DNA of 64,000 nt from a virus. The translations under genes and the position numbers were made by a program. Positions within the stretch are counted from its first letter, which is position 1, and the number at the start of each line of letters is the position of its first letter. Of this stretch, positions 18,105-28,032 are shown in pieces. The stretch is taken from positions 1-64,000 of the IMG/VR virus record IMGVR_UViG_3300020391_000003. One strand, written 5' to 3'. A model generated the notes under the pieces. The model made no database searches. It was not told where the DNA came from and saw nothing but the letters and a program-made list of their open reading frames with translations.

Positions 18105-21100
18105 GATAATTCGTATAAAAGTTGCCAGTTGTAAGAAGATGCATTTCGATCGGCATTATAATCTGTTAATCTTAAATAGTAATATCTTCCAACTCCATTT
18201 TCTTCTGATGCATTAGTACAAACCAATATCCAGTTATTACCATAATATAGACTATTAAAAACCACAGCCTTATTGCTAGTTATAGTCACACCATCAGCAT
18301 CAATTTGCCCTCCAGAGGTTTCAATTGTTTGTGTGTGTATGTTGCCAGGACCCGGAAAAAATACCCAACCAAGATGATTTGATGTGCCATGCACTTGAAC
18401 ATTTAACCACATCCATCCATCCCACCTATCATCTTCAGATACAAAAATTTTATCACTTTGTTCTGGAACATATATATATCCAAAATTTAATGTATAAATC
18501 CAAAATCCAGAGTTTAAACCTTGTAATGATGATATAACTTTAAAGTAATACATTGTGTGAGCGCCATTAGGATTATAGGTTGCATGAGATTCTCCAAATT
18601 CAGCTATAGTTCTACTTTGTACGGGAATTTCATTTCCTGCTTCATAATTCCAAGTATTATTTGAGTTATTATAATAATCTAATAAATCTAGATTTTGTGT
18701 TACATATGAATAGTAATCTTCTTCCGGCCCATCAACTAGATAAGAAATCCAAAATAAGTTACTCCAAGAAGATATCGACCCATTTGTTGGAAAATTAGTA
18801 TCATAAGCAATTCCGTTATCTAATAATCGAGTAATTCCTTTTCCTTTACCAAAAGATCCTGTTGCCAGTATTGAATTATCTGGATCATATATAATTTCTT
18901 GAAAATTATTACCATTAATTGTTATATCTTCTGGCCCGAAAAATATTTCATTTTCAAATCCATTCACTATTGATTGATTTGTTCCTCCATCTATAGTGTT
19001 TTTTACTCCAGCTCCAATAAAATTAGCTCCAGCATTGCCCGATTCTAAATTGGGCATTTCATTATTATATCCAGCAACAATAGCAGAAAAATTATCTCCT
19101 AGATTATTATCAAAACCGCCACCTATAAAAGAAAATCTTCCACTTATATTATTATTTCCTCCTCCAACAATAGAAGATGCTATTCCATCTCTATCTACTT
19201 GAGATCCTGTTATGAAGTTATTATATCCACCTCCAATAAATTTTGAATTCGTTCCATCTATTGAATCAAACCCTATAGTTGGATCATCAACTCCATTAAT
19301 AGTTAATGATCCTTTAATTTCTATTCGATTCTCTAGCCCATCAAACCTAATAAAAGAATTTTCTCCTCCAACATCAAATTGAGGATTTGGAGGGTTTCCG
19401 ATATTACCCAAGAAAAATCCAGTGACACCATTTCCAAATTCTTTTCCAACTGTTTTTATTAATCCGCCATGCCCAACAAATTCAGTTCCATCCAATGTGT
19501 CTCCTTGGCCCATTGTAAGGGTGTGAGTTATAACAGCATCTTTTGCTAATAGTAAATCAGTTGCAACACTCTCAAATTCACCGCCAAAAGATTCCCATTT
19601 TCCCGCAGCCTCATCGTTTGTAAAGCTTGCGCTTGATTCATGTGTTTCTTGTGCCATCCAATATTTAGAAGTTCCATCGTCATAAAAAACAACATCTCCT
19701 CTATCAGATGTTTCTGTTGCTCCTGTATATATTTTATCGGGTGCCCATAAACCTCTAAAAACAACCCCAACTCCCTTATTACCTCTTGCTCCTTCGATTC
19801 CTTGTTCAGATATAGAAAACGTTTGTTGTTTTATTATGGTTCCTTCTTGGCCTACGCTATTTTTAAATGTTATTGTATATGTAATTGTTGCAGATTGACC
19901 ACCAAAAGAGTTAAAATTATGAGATTCAACAACACAATGCTTCTCGTTTGCGCCCGTGCTTTTATCAATACCTCCAATAGTAACTCCATTATTGTTGGTT
20001 GAGGCCTGTACCTTAAAATGTTTAATGCTTGAAAGGGTTCCTGCAGTAAATGTTAATTCTTCTGCACCTTGAAAAACTTTAATATCTGTTCCACTTCCTG
20101 CAGAAGTAATTCCTTGAGGATTTTTGGTTAAAGAATGAGCTTCGTTACTTAATATTGCTGTGATAACATCAGAGCCGTCTTGAATACCATAAATACTTAA
20201 TGTATCTTTAGCTACATCAATTTCATCCTCACTCATTTCAACCATAACAGTAGCAACCTTAAACTTATTGTCAGGAGGATTATAGTTTATTGAAGCTTCT
20301 TCGATAAAACCTCCGTTGTAATCGCTGGTGCCCTGCTTAAGCGTACCGTGATCTCCGACAAGGGTGTACCTATATTTCAAAGTCGAATCCGGCCTTTGGT
20401 TGAGTGGGGTTGCAGTTAATGTAATCTCATCAGGATCAGGAGAACTTCCAGCAGTATTATACTTTACAGCTTGATCTCCTGTTAAATCAACTTTTCTTGC
20501 GTGTTCTCCTTCTTGAGATATAGAAAACGTTTGTTGTTTTATTATGGTTCCCGTTTCACCTACGTCATTTTTAAATATTATTGTATATGTAATCGTTACA
20601 GATTGACCAGTGAAAGAGCCAAAATCATGATCATCAATTCTTGCGCAATAATATTTTGTCTGATCGCTATTAGGAAATGCGGCTGCATGAGCTTCTCCAA
20701 ATTCAATTAGGGTAATATTTTGCACAGGATTACCAGCCCATTCATCATTATTATTATAATGATTCAATAAATCTTGATTTCTGGTTACATACGCGTAACC
20801 ATTTATGTCTCCATTTTGTAAAGAACCTTCGGTTACTTGGTTGATGTCTTGTATACCAACAAGAAACTCATTATTATTTAAATCCCCTGCATTGCTTGCC
20901 GATATATTTACAGATAATTCTTTTGTTCCTTGGAAAACTTTAATATCTGTTCCGCTTCCTGTAGAAGTGATTGTTCCTCCAAAATCTTTGGTTAAAGAAT
21001 GAGCTTCGTTACTTAAGATTGCCGTGATAACATCAGATCCGTTCTTCAAAGAATAAATTGTCATTTCGTCTGTTGCTAGAACAACACTTCCATCGGACTT

Positions 21101-24100
21101 TTCACTTATTTCAACTTTAATTTTTACAGGGCCGCCAATTACTTGTGGTACAGTATATTTAACCTCTGTCTCATCCTTGTTAAATCCGCTTATATCTAGA
21201 GGATTATTAACAAAAACAGCTCCACTAGAATCTGTTGCAGTATATTTATAGTAAACATCTCCAATTGTATTATGTGCCGTAGCGGTAAGAGTAATTTCTG
21301 CACCCGAATTAGTATCAAGATCTCCTGCGGAATTATACTCTATTGTTTGATCATTAGCAGTTAAATCTACTTTTCTTGCTACTGTTCCATCAAAAGTTTT
21401 AACTAAATTTTGTTCTGCATCTAATTCTCTTTTTTGTTTATCATTATCAATTACAGTTATTGCATAATTTATTTTGGCTGAATTTTCGCTCGTAGTCCAA
21501 TGTGAGGGCAGAAGTATATTTGTTTTAAATTGCGGCTGATTGTTAACTCCCTCAGAGTTTACCGTTAAAGATGATGAAGTAGCAGCAACATAAAAACCAA
21601 TATCATTATCATCTATGTCTGTCGGAACAGGGCCTGATTTATAATTTAATGGACTTGTTCCATCAAAAACAGTTAATATATTTTCTGTATTAGAAACATC
21701 TACAGTAGTTACTCCACCAGAGCTATCATTTTTTACAGGAACATTAACAAACTGCTGAGATTGAATTACAGTGATAGCATTAGAGCCTTCCTTCAAACCG
21801 AATATTGTAATTTGGTCTGTAGCCCTTGGATTAGTGTCTTCTTCAAATTCACCTGCGACCATTGTTTGGTCGTATGCCTTGCATTCTATCGTAACAGGCA
21901 AACTATAAATTTTCCCATTTATTGTTGTAGTTTGAGATATTTCTGCAGTTCCATCATGAGTACTGGGAATTGGAATATATACGATATTATTTGAAGTTCT
22001 CTCTGTAATTGAATCTTCGCCTATGAAAAATTGATATTCTACGTTTTTACCACCCATTGCTTGAGCAATAAAATTAGTAGTAACTGCGGTTATTTTAACT
22101 TGTTCTATTGACTCAGAATCTTGTGTTGGATTACTACCAGCAGTATCATATTTAACTGCCTGCGTATCAGCAGACAACTCAACAGTTCTTCCCTTGGCAG
22201 CTTCTATTGATTTTGAATAGGTATATATTTTTTCAAAAGCAACTTTGGTACCTGCTTCTTTGTATTGATTGTCTTTTACTTTTATTGTAAAAGTTCCTTG
22301 ATTCTCATTATCAGGATATTCACCAATTTTAACAAAAAGTTTTTTAAAACCGCCTACTTCTTCTATTGAAGTTTCTGCAGTAACATCATCATCTCCTGTA
22401 ACAGAATTTGTTTGGCTAGAAATTATATCACCATCAAGACTAAAACTTTCATTTTCAGATTCGTTTTCATCATATCTATATTCTTTGGTTCCCCTAAAGA
22501 ATCTAACTTGAGTTTTACCTGAGTTAAGATCAGTGCTACTAACAAAACCATTTTCATTTGCTGGATATGTATGATTTTCATTTGTTAGAAAAACAGTATA
22601 AGAATCTTTGCCGGGTAATGTTCCAAAAATACTAACAAAGTCTGAAGCAAGCTCCCTTGAATTATTGTTTTCATCTTTATCAGATATTGTTAGCTTTGCA
22701 ACAAAAGGAGTATTAGAATAATACTGTAAAGCATGATCTGCAAAATCAGCCAATTGAAAGCTAGCGGTGCCATCATTCTTTGTTACTGTGTGTTCTTTTA
22801 CTAATGAAGACGAGTCAAGGTTTACTCCTGTTTCAAAAATAAAATCAATATTACCATGCGTATTATGAGCTGTAGCTTCTAAATTAAGATTTGAGTTTGC
22901 ATCATTAAACTTTCCATCATAATCATAAGAATATACTTGTTGCGTAGCTTTTAATTCTGCATATACAGCAGCCGCTCCATCTGCTACAAAATTAATTGGA
23001 ATTGATCTTTCAGTTGAGGTATTTAATCCTGATGCAGAAACAATGACTGTTGTAAGTTGCGGACTAACAGTATTAATCATTTCATTAAATCCAGTTACTT
23101 TAAATTGCGCAGCAGCAATCTTAGGTTCTCCATCTATAAACGTCCCATCGTCTGGATCATATTTAAATCCACTTATATCGTATTTACCATATGTCGAAGA
23201 AGTAGGATCATCATCAAAATCGCTATACTTAATAAATTCATATTCATTATTAGGATTACTGACCTTGAATCTAACTTCATTTGGTTTAATAAAACTATTT
23301 TGAAAAATTGCTCTTATAGTAGATGCAGATGCATCAGTATCATCATCCATGGTAAAAGTTCCATCAGATAATTCATTATAAAAGAAAGAATCAGGCGTAG
23401 CATCTAAATCTATAAAAGTATATTCCTTACCATCAATTTGTCTTAGTTTTCCTTCTAACACAAGTTCGCTATTGTCAAAAAACAACCTTCCATCATCTGC
23501 AGCAAAAACAAAGCTTCCGTCACCACTAACAACAAAACCTTGACCGGTGTCATCAAGCCCTTCAAACCCTTGGCTTCTTATTTGTCCAGGTGGATTATCA
23601 CCGATTTGAATATCCTGACCCTGTATTACTGCAGATCTAATTTTGTCTGCAGTTAAGTTGTGAATTTTTGCATTTGTAATAGCTGCGTCTTCTATGTGGG
23701 CGCTACCAATTACAGCGTTAGCGAATGAATGCCACATTGGTGACACCACGCCCCCAGCTATCCTTGCAATAATAAAGTCTCCGTCATCTTTTAAAAGCTT
23801 TGGAGTTTGATTTTGCTGATCTGGATTAGCCCCATCTCCTAACCCTGCTGGATGATAATGAGAAACCTCATATTGACCAGCATGCTTAACATTCCTCAGT
23901 CCTAAATCACTTTTCTCTAATTCTCCTTCTCCTCCAGTTTTAATTCCTAATAATTCAAGCCTATCAAGCACGTCTTGAGAAAATAGTACCTGAGGATTAG
24001 ATTCAAGATCTTGCGTTTCTTCTTTTCCTCCAGGCGCTGTTGTTTCTGTCGAACTCCAATATATATATGCGGTTCCGTTATATGGCGCGGCGCCTATATT

Positions 24101-27100
24101 CAATGAACCAGCTTTAACTAAATACCCTTCTCCATCATGATAAACAACATGATCATCCCAATCAACAACATCGTCGGTGCTATTATAACTAAAAGGATTA
24201 TTTGGAACCAAAGATATAGTATTAGGAAAAGATTGACTAATATTTTGTTCAAAGTCAGCTATATCTGTAGTCTTGGCCTGCCCCAAAATTAACTTAAGCC
24301 CCTCTACATTATCAGTATTAGCAAGATCGGATGCACCAGTAAATGGGCCTTTATTTCCGGCGTGATCAACAGGTCTTACCCAAAAGTAACTAGTATCATT
24401 TACTTGTCCTCTATGAGTTATTTGTATAGACGGAGAAGATGCATCTATATCCAATACATTTGTAGCATTTATAATATCATTTGCAAAATCTTCATATTCA
24501 GTTGGAATATTATCTCCAAAAGTATATTGTATTCCATCAATTCTTCTGTATCCTGTAGCATTTTGTTCTTCTGTTAAAAACTTTGGAGGAGATGATGAAG
24601 ATCCATTGTCAAATTTTAAAAAATTATTAGATTGCCCTGTTGATTGCCACACCTCGTAATAACTAATATCATTTGGAGCAGCATCAACCAAAAGATTATC
24701 TTGAATTTGAGCATTAGGCATGTTCCAATTTAAGAAATAATTTTCAAATGCAGTAGATCCAGTAAGATTAACCACTGGACCAGGAATTTCGTCTGTAGTA
24801 ATTTTTATAGCGGGGCCAGTAGGAGCATCTGGATTTTTTGAATGAAAGTTTTTGGGTAAAACCCAAACTTTTTGTATTGGATCTCTATCGTCAACCGCAG
24901 TATATAACGCCCCACTACCAAAATCATCGAAAGGTAATAATTTATAATAGTATCCAGTTATTTCTTCACCTACTTCTGCGGTATCATCTACTATTTGAGT
25001 AATATTATCTCCAAAAGTTGCATCTCCTTCTCCTACCACCGACTTAACAAAAGTAGAAGGGTAATACATCTGATGCGATAGTGGGATCAATCCTTGTTCT
25101 GCTGCGTCTCTGTGATTTTCACCAAATTCAACTAGAGTTCTACTTTGTATGGGTTCACCAACTCCATTTCTGTCATAATCCCAAAAATTATTTGGGTTAT
25201 TATAGAAATCGAGCAAATCCTGATTTTTCGTTACATATGAGTAGTAATCTTCTGAGCCCGGCTCATTAAAGATTTCTTCAGGTACTGAAATTTCAGTAAA
25301 CGGTAAACCATCAGAACCTGTTATCTCAAAATCAGGTTGATCAGATCTATATAAATTCAATAAAGTAGTTTTTTCTTGCCTGCCTAAAAGATAATTAAAA
25401 TTAAATTTTACTTTTGTTACTTCGCTTTCAGAATCTACCGAAAAACCATTATTAGATATTACTGGAGCTGGATTATCACCGATTATTCGCTCCCTAGATA
25501 CTACTTGTCCGTCCGAACTTACAATTCCAACTTCTAATCCCACGCTTCTTTTTCCGCTTTCAGGTATTCCTACATGACCAAAAACCACATCCTCTAAGCT
25601 GTCATTAATTTCCCAAAATGGTGTCCAATCTAAGGTGGTATAATCCTGATTTAACGTCGTTAAGGGTATTGGAGGCTCTGAAGTTGTAGTGCTAATGTTT
25701 GCTTTATATACTGTTTCATTAAAAAATACATAATCCGCATTTGGATTGTTACTGTAAGAATCAATACATACTTTAAATTTATCAGACACATCTGGAGTTT
25801 GTAGCTGCCAACTTTGAGTTTCATCTCTAGTAGGAGGTAAAGTTGAAGCGCTTGATGATGCTATATATTTATAAATAGAACAATCAATATCAGAAAAAGG
25901 CCTAATTATTTTCCAGAATGACGAATCTAAATCTGGCCTTATAGCATTACCAACAGACTGAGAGGTTAAAGACTCATATATTGCCCCTTCATACAAAACA
26001 ACATCTGTATTTAAATAAGATTTAGTGTTATCAAATATTTCAATATTTCTCGTTGGTGCAACAACTAAATCATTTAAATTGTATACAGTATTTTCATTAA
26101 ATACTCCTATTTCTTGGCTTATTCCCGGACCAGAATCTGATAATGATTCATACAAAACACCGTTATATTTAACTACGTCAGAAAAAGGCAAGTTTTCTCT
26201 ATAATAGTACGTTTTCGCCGGATCCCAGTACTCATAGAAAGGTCTAATGTAAGGCTGTTTATCTGCATTCTGTTTTATTGAATTATAAACAAATTCTTTC
26301 TCAACAGGCAGGGTGCTAAAAAACGTTGCAGCTTCATCTGTAAAATATTGAGAATAATGAAATATATCTGTCTTGTCAATTACTTTATCATTATCATCAG
26401 GAGTATATATTTCAGATGAGTCAAAATTTTCTATACCTTCTGGAAATCCTCCATCTTTATATATTGAATTATTCAATTCCCTTGAATAAGTAAATTCAGA
26501 ATTAAGTTTTTCTTCCCCGATTCCAGAAAGATATCTATTTGTATGATTATCAAAAAGGTGGCCACTTAAACCAAGAACCTTTGGTTCATCTCCAAAATTT
26601 ATTTGATACTTTTCATTTGCCAACTCAACTGGAAGCCCGTCTTGATCAACAAAGTTCCATTCAAAAATTAAATCGTCCTCTCTTTCTCTAAAATTTAAAT
26701 TTTCTATTTTAATCTCAGAAGTAATCGGACTTAATTCCGCAAAATTAGAGGCTTCAACTAATCCATCCTCAGTAAAGTTAAAGAGCTGCCCTGTGCCATA
26801 TCCGTCTGACGGCCTAAATGTATAATAATAACTATAACCAAATATTTGTCTATTCACAAACGACTCTTCGGTTACCCGCAAAGATTCAGAAACATAATCA
26901 ACCTTCGGCCCAACATTTAACCAATATACAGAATTAGGCGGCGATGTTAAATTTGAATTTAAATGAGTTTGTCGAGCAATGTAAACATCTCCCTCGAAAA
27001 CAACCATGCTTTGATCTTGATAAAATTGTTCATCCTTAAGTGAAACATATTCACTAGCATCTTTAATGTTTCTAAAAAAATCTATATTATTTTGAAGATC

Positions 27101-28027
27101 ATAAATATCAATCAAAGATTCTTTAACTGGAATTCCTATATAATTAACCTCAACAAATTCAAAATCAGAGTCTTCGGAAGAAAAGAAAAAAGATGAATCA
27201 GAAGAGTTTGTTCTTTGCGAAAGGCTAAGGTCTGGAAAAAAATTTATTCCACTTAAAGTTCCTGTACAAGATCCGCCCTTTGAATCAAATGCCGATATTT
27301 CAAAAAATACGTTACGATCTAAATTTAATTCTTGCTCAGAAAAAGCTGTTTCATTTATTTGTAAATTAAAATTTGTATAACTACTTAATTTACCTGCCAC
27401 ATTAGCCGTAGATAAACTATCTTGTAAAGATACTGAATTGTTTAATGTTGCATCATCTATTAAGATATTATCTTTTGTATTTTTAATTTTAATTTCAAAA
27501 TGATCAAAAAAAGCATCTGAATTCAATTCTTCATTCACTGCTTGTCCACCCAAACTATGACCTTCAGGCGGAATTAAATCCCAAGACAAAGATATATTTT
27601 TATTTACATATTCTGATTCAACTTCTAATGTGTCTCCTACATTATCAGGACTACCAATTATTACATTATTTAAATTAACAGTATCAGGCAAATCATCTAT
27701 TTTTAAATTTGCAAAAGTAAAAGTTCCATCGAATGCTGGTGGGCTTATATATATTTGTTCTTGAACAAACTCAGACCTCGTTCCTATATCACTTACCGCA
27801 AATACTCTAACATCAAAATTTCCATAATTTCCTTTTAAAGGTACAATCGTTTGAATTCTTTCTCCAGTAAACTCATTTTGCCCAAATTCTTCATACTCTC
27901 CAGTTATCAAATCTTCTCCCCTCCCGAGTTGATATTGAAAAGAATAATTATCTGAAGTTCCAATCACCTCATAATTTGCACCTATATCGTGCAAATCAAA
28001 ACTTAAACCTATAGCTGTAGATGGCAT
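18101..28027 (-). CDS. Giant tail tip/central fibre protein (gpJ C-terminal-like, 3308 aa)
   Basis: FN3-like N-terminus (NFDVRVFAVSDIG), FWVRPVDHAGN, DUF1983-like IGSAHIEDAAITNAKIHNLTADKI, repeated ITAILSNEAHS modules and CBM5/12-like repeats. Lies directly downstream of the gpJ-like gene. Confidence 0.75.
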   Translation of the reverse strand: MPSTAIGLSFDLHDIGANYEVIGTSDNYSFQYQLGRGEDLITGEYEEFGQNEFTGERIQTIVPLKGNYGNFDVRVFAVSDIGTRSEFVQEQIYISPPAFDGTFTFANLKIDDLPDTVNLNNVIIGSPDNVGDTLEVESEYVNKNISLSWDLIPPEGHSLGGQAVNEELNSDAFFDHFEIKIKNTKDNILIDDATLNNSVSLQDSLSTANVAGKLSSYTNFNLQINETAFSEQELNLDRNVFFEISAFDSKGGSCTGTLSGINFFPDLSLSQRTNSSDSSFFFSSEDSDFEFVEVNYIGIPVKESLIDIYDLQNNIDFFRNIKDASEYVSLKDEQFYQDQSMVVFEGDVYIARQTHLNSNLTSPPNSVYWLNVGPKVDYVSESLRVTEESFVNRQIFGYSYYYTFRPSDGYGTGQLFNFTEDGLVEASNFAELSPITSEIKIENLNFREREDDLIFEWNFVDQDGLPVELANEKYQINFGDEPKVLGLSGHLFDNHTNRYLSGIGEEKLNSEFTYSRELNNSIYKDGGFPEGIENFDSSEIYTPDDNDKVIDKTDIFHYSQYFTDEAATFFSTLPVEKEFVYNSIKQNADKQPYIRPFYEYWDPAKTYYYRENLPFSDVVKYNGVLYESLSDSGPGISQEIGVFNENTVYNLNDLVVAPTRNIEIFDNTKSYLNTDVVLYEGAIYESLTSQSVGNAIRPDLDSSFWKIIRPFSDIDCSIYKYIASSSASTLPPTRDETQSWQLQTPDVSDKFKVCIDSYSNNPNADYVFFNETVYKANISTTTSEPPIPLTTLNQDYTTLDWTPFWEINDSLEDVVFGHVGIPESGKRSVGLEVGIVSSDGQVVSRERIIGDNPAPVISNNGFSVDSESEVTKVKFNFNYLLGRQEKTTLLNLYRSDQPDFEITGSDGLPFTEISVPEEIFNEPGSEDYYSYVTKNQDLLDFYNNPNNFWDYDRNGVGEPIQSRTLVEFGENHRDAAEQGLIPLSHQMYYPSTFVKSVVGEGDATFGDNITQIVDDTAEVGEEITGYYYKLLPFDDFGSGALYTAVDDRDPIQKVWVLPKNFHSKNPDAPTGPAIKITTDEIPGPVVNLTGSTAFENYFLNWNMPNAQIQDNLLVDAAPNDISYYEVWQSTGQSNNFLKFDNGSSSSPPKFLTEEQNATGYRRIDGIQYTFGDNIPTEYEDFANDIINATNVLDIDASSPSIQITHRGQVNDTSYFWVRPVDHAGNKGPFTGASDLANTDNVEGLKLILGQAKTTDIADFEQNISQSFPNTISLVPNNPFSYNSTDDVVDWDDHVVYHDGEGYLVKAGSLNIGAAPYNGTAYIYWSSTETTAPGGKEETQDLESNPQVLFSQDVLDRLELLGIKTGGEGELEKSDLGLRNVKHAGQYEVSHYHPAGLGDGANPDQQNQTPKLLKDDGDFIIARIAGGVVSPMWHSFANAVIGSAHIEDAAITNAKIHNLTADKIRSAVIQGQDIQIGDNPPGQIRSQGFEGLDDTGQGFVVSGDGSFVFAADDGRLFFDNSELVLEGKLRQIDGKEYTFIDLDATPDSFFYNELSDGTFTMDDDTDASASTIRAIFQNSFIKPNEVRFKVSNPNNEYEFIKYSDFDDDPTSSTYGKYDISGFKYDPDDGTFIDGEPKIAAAQFKVTGFNEMINTVSPQLTTVIVSASGLNTSTERSIPINFVADGAAAVYAELKATQQVYSYDYDGKFNDANSNLNLEATAHNTHGNIDFIFETGVNLDSSSLVKEHTVTKNDGTASFQLADFADHALQYYSNTPFVAKLTISDKDENNNSRELASDFVSIFGTLPGKDSYTVFLTNENHTYPANENGFVSSTDLNSGKTQVRFFRGTKEYRYDENESENESFSLDGDIISSQTNSVTGDDDVTAETSIEEVGGFKKLFVKIGEYPDNENQGTFTIKVKDNQYKEAGTKVAFEKIYTYSKSIEAAKGRTVELSADTQAVKYDTAGSNPTQDSESIEQVKITAVTTNFIAQAMGGKNVEYQFFIGEDSITERTSNNIVYIPIPSTHDGTAEISQTTTINGKIYSLPVTIECKAYDQTMVAGEFEEDTNPRATDQITIFGLKEGSNAITVIQSQQFVNVPVKNDSSGGVTTVDVSNTENILTVFDGTSPLNYKSGPVPTDIDDNDIGFYVAATSSSLTVNSEGVNNQPQFKTNILLPSHWTTSENSAKINYAITVIDNDKQKRELDAEQNLVKTFDGTVARKVDLTANDQTIEYNSAGDLDTNSGAEITLTATAHNTIGDVYYKYTATDSSGAVFVNNPLDISGFNKDETEVKYTVPQVIGGPVKIKVEISEKSDGSVVLATDEMTIYSLKNGSDVITAILSNEAHSLTKDFGGTITSTGSGTDIKVFQGTKELSVNISASNAGDLNNNEFLVGIQDINQVTEGSLQNGDINGYAYVTRNQDLLNHYNNNDEWAGNPVQNITLIEFGEAHAAAFPNSDQTKYYCARIDDHDFGSFTGQSVTITYTIIFKNDVGETGTIIKQQTFSISQEGEHARKVDLTGDQAVKYNTAGSSPDPDEITLTATPLNQRPDSTLKYRYTLVGDHGTLKQGTSDYNGGFIEEASINYNPPDNKFKVATVMVEMSEDEIDVAKDTLSIYGIQDGSDVITAILSNEAHSLTKNPQGITSAGSGTDIKVFQGAEELTFTAGTLSSIKHFKVQASTNNNGVTIGGIDKSTGANEKHCVVESHNFNSFGGQSATITYTITFKNSVGQEGTIIKQQTFSISEQGIEGARGNKGVGVVFRGLWAPDKIYTGATETSDRGDVVFYDDGTSKYWMAQETHESSASFTNDEAAGKWESFGGEFESVATDLLLAKDAVITHTLTMGQGDTLDGTEFVGHGGLIKTVGKEFGNGVTGFFLGNIGNPPNPQFDVGGENSFIRFDGLENRIEIKGSLTINGVDDPTIGFDSIDGTNSKFIGGGYNNFITGSQVDRDGIASSIVGGGNNNISGRFSFIGGGFDNNLGDNFSAIVAGYNNEMPNLESGNAGANFIGAGVKNTIDGGTNQSIVNGFENEIFFGPEDITINGNNFQEIIYDPDNSILATGSFGKGKGITRLLDNGIAYDTNFPTNGSISSWSNLFWISYLVDGPEEDYYSYVTQNLDLLDYYNNSNNTWNYEAGNEIPVQSRTIAEFGESHATYNPNGAHTMYYFKVISSLQGLNSGFWIYTLNFGYIYVPEQSDKIFVSEDDRWDGWMWLNVQVHGTSNHLGWVFFPGPGNIHTQTIETSGGQIDADGVTITSNKAVVFNSLYYGNNWILVCTNASEENGVGRYYYLRLTDYNADRNASSYNWQLLYELS

Positions 28028-28032
28028 AATTA

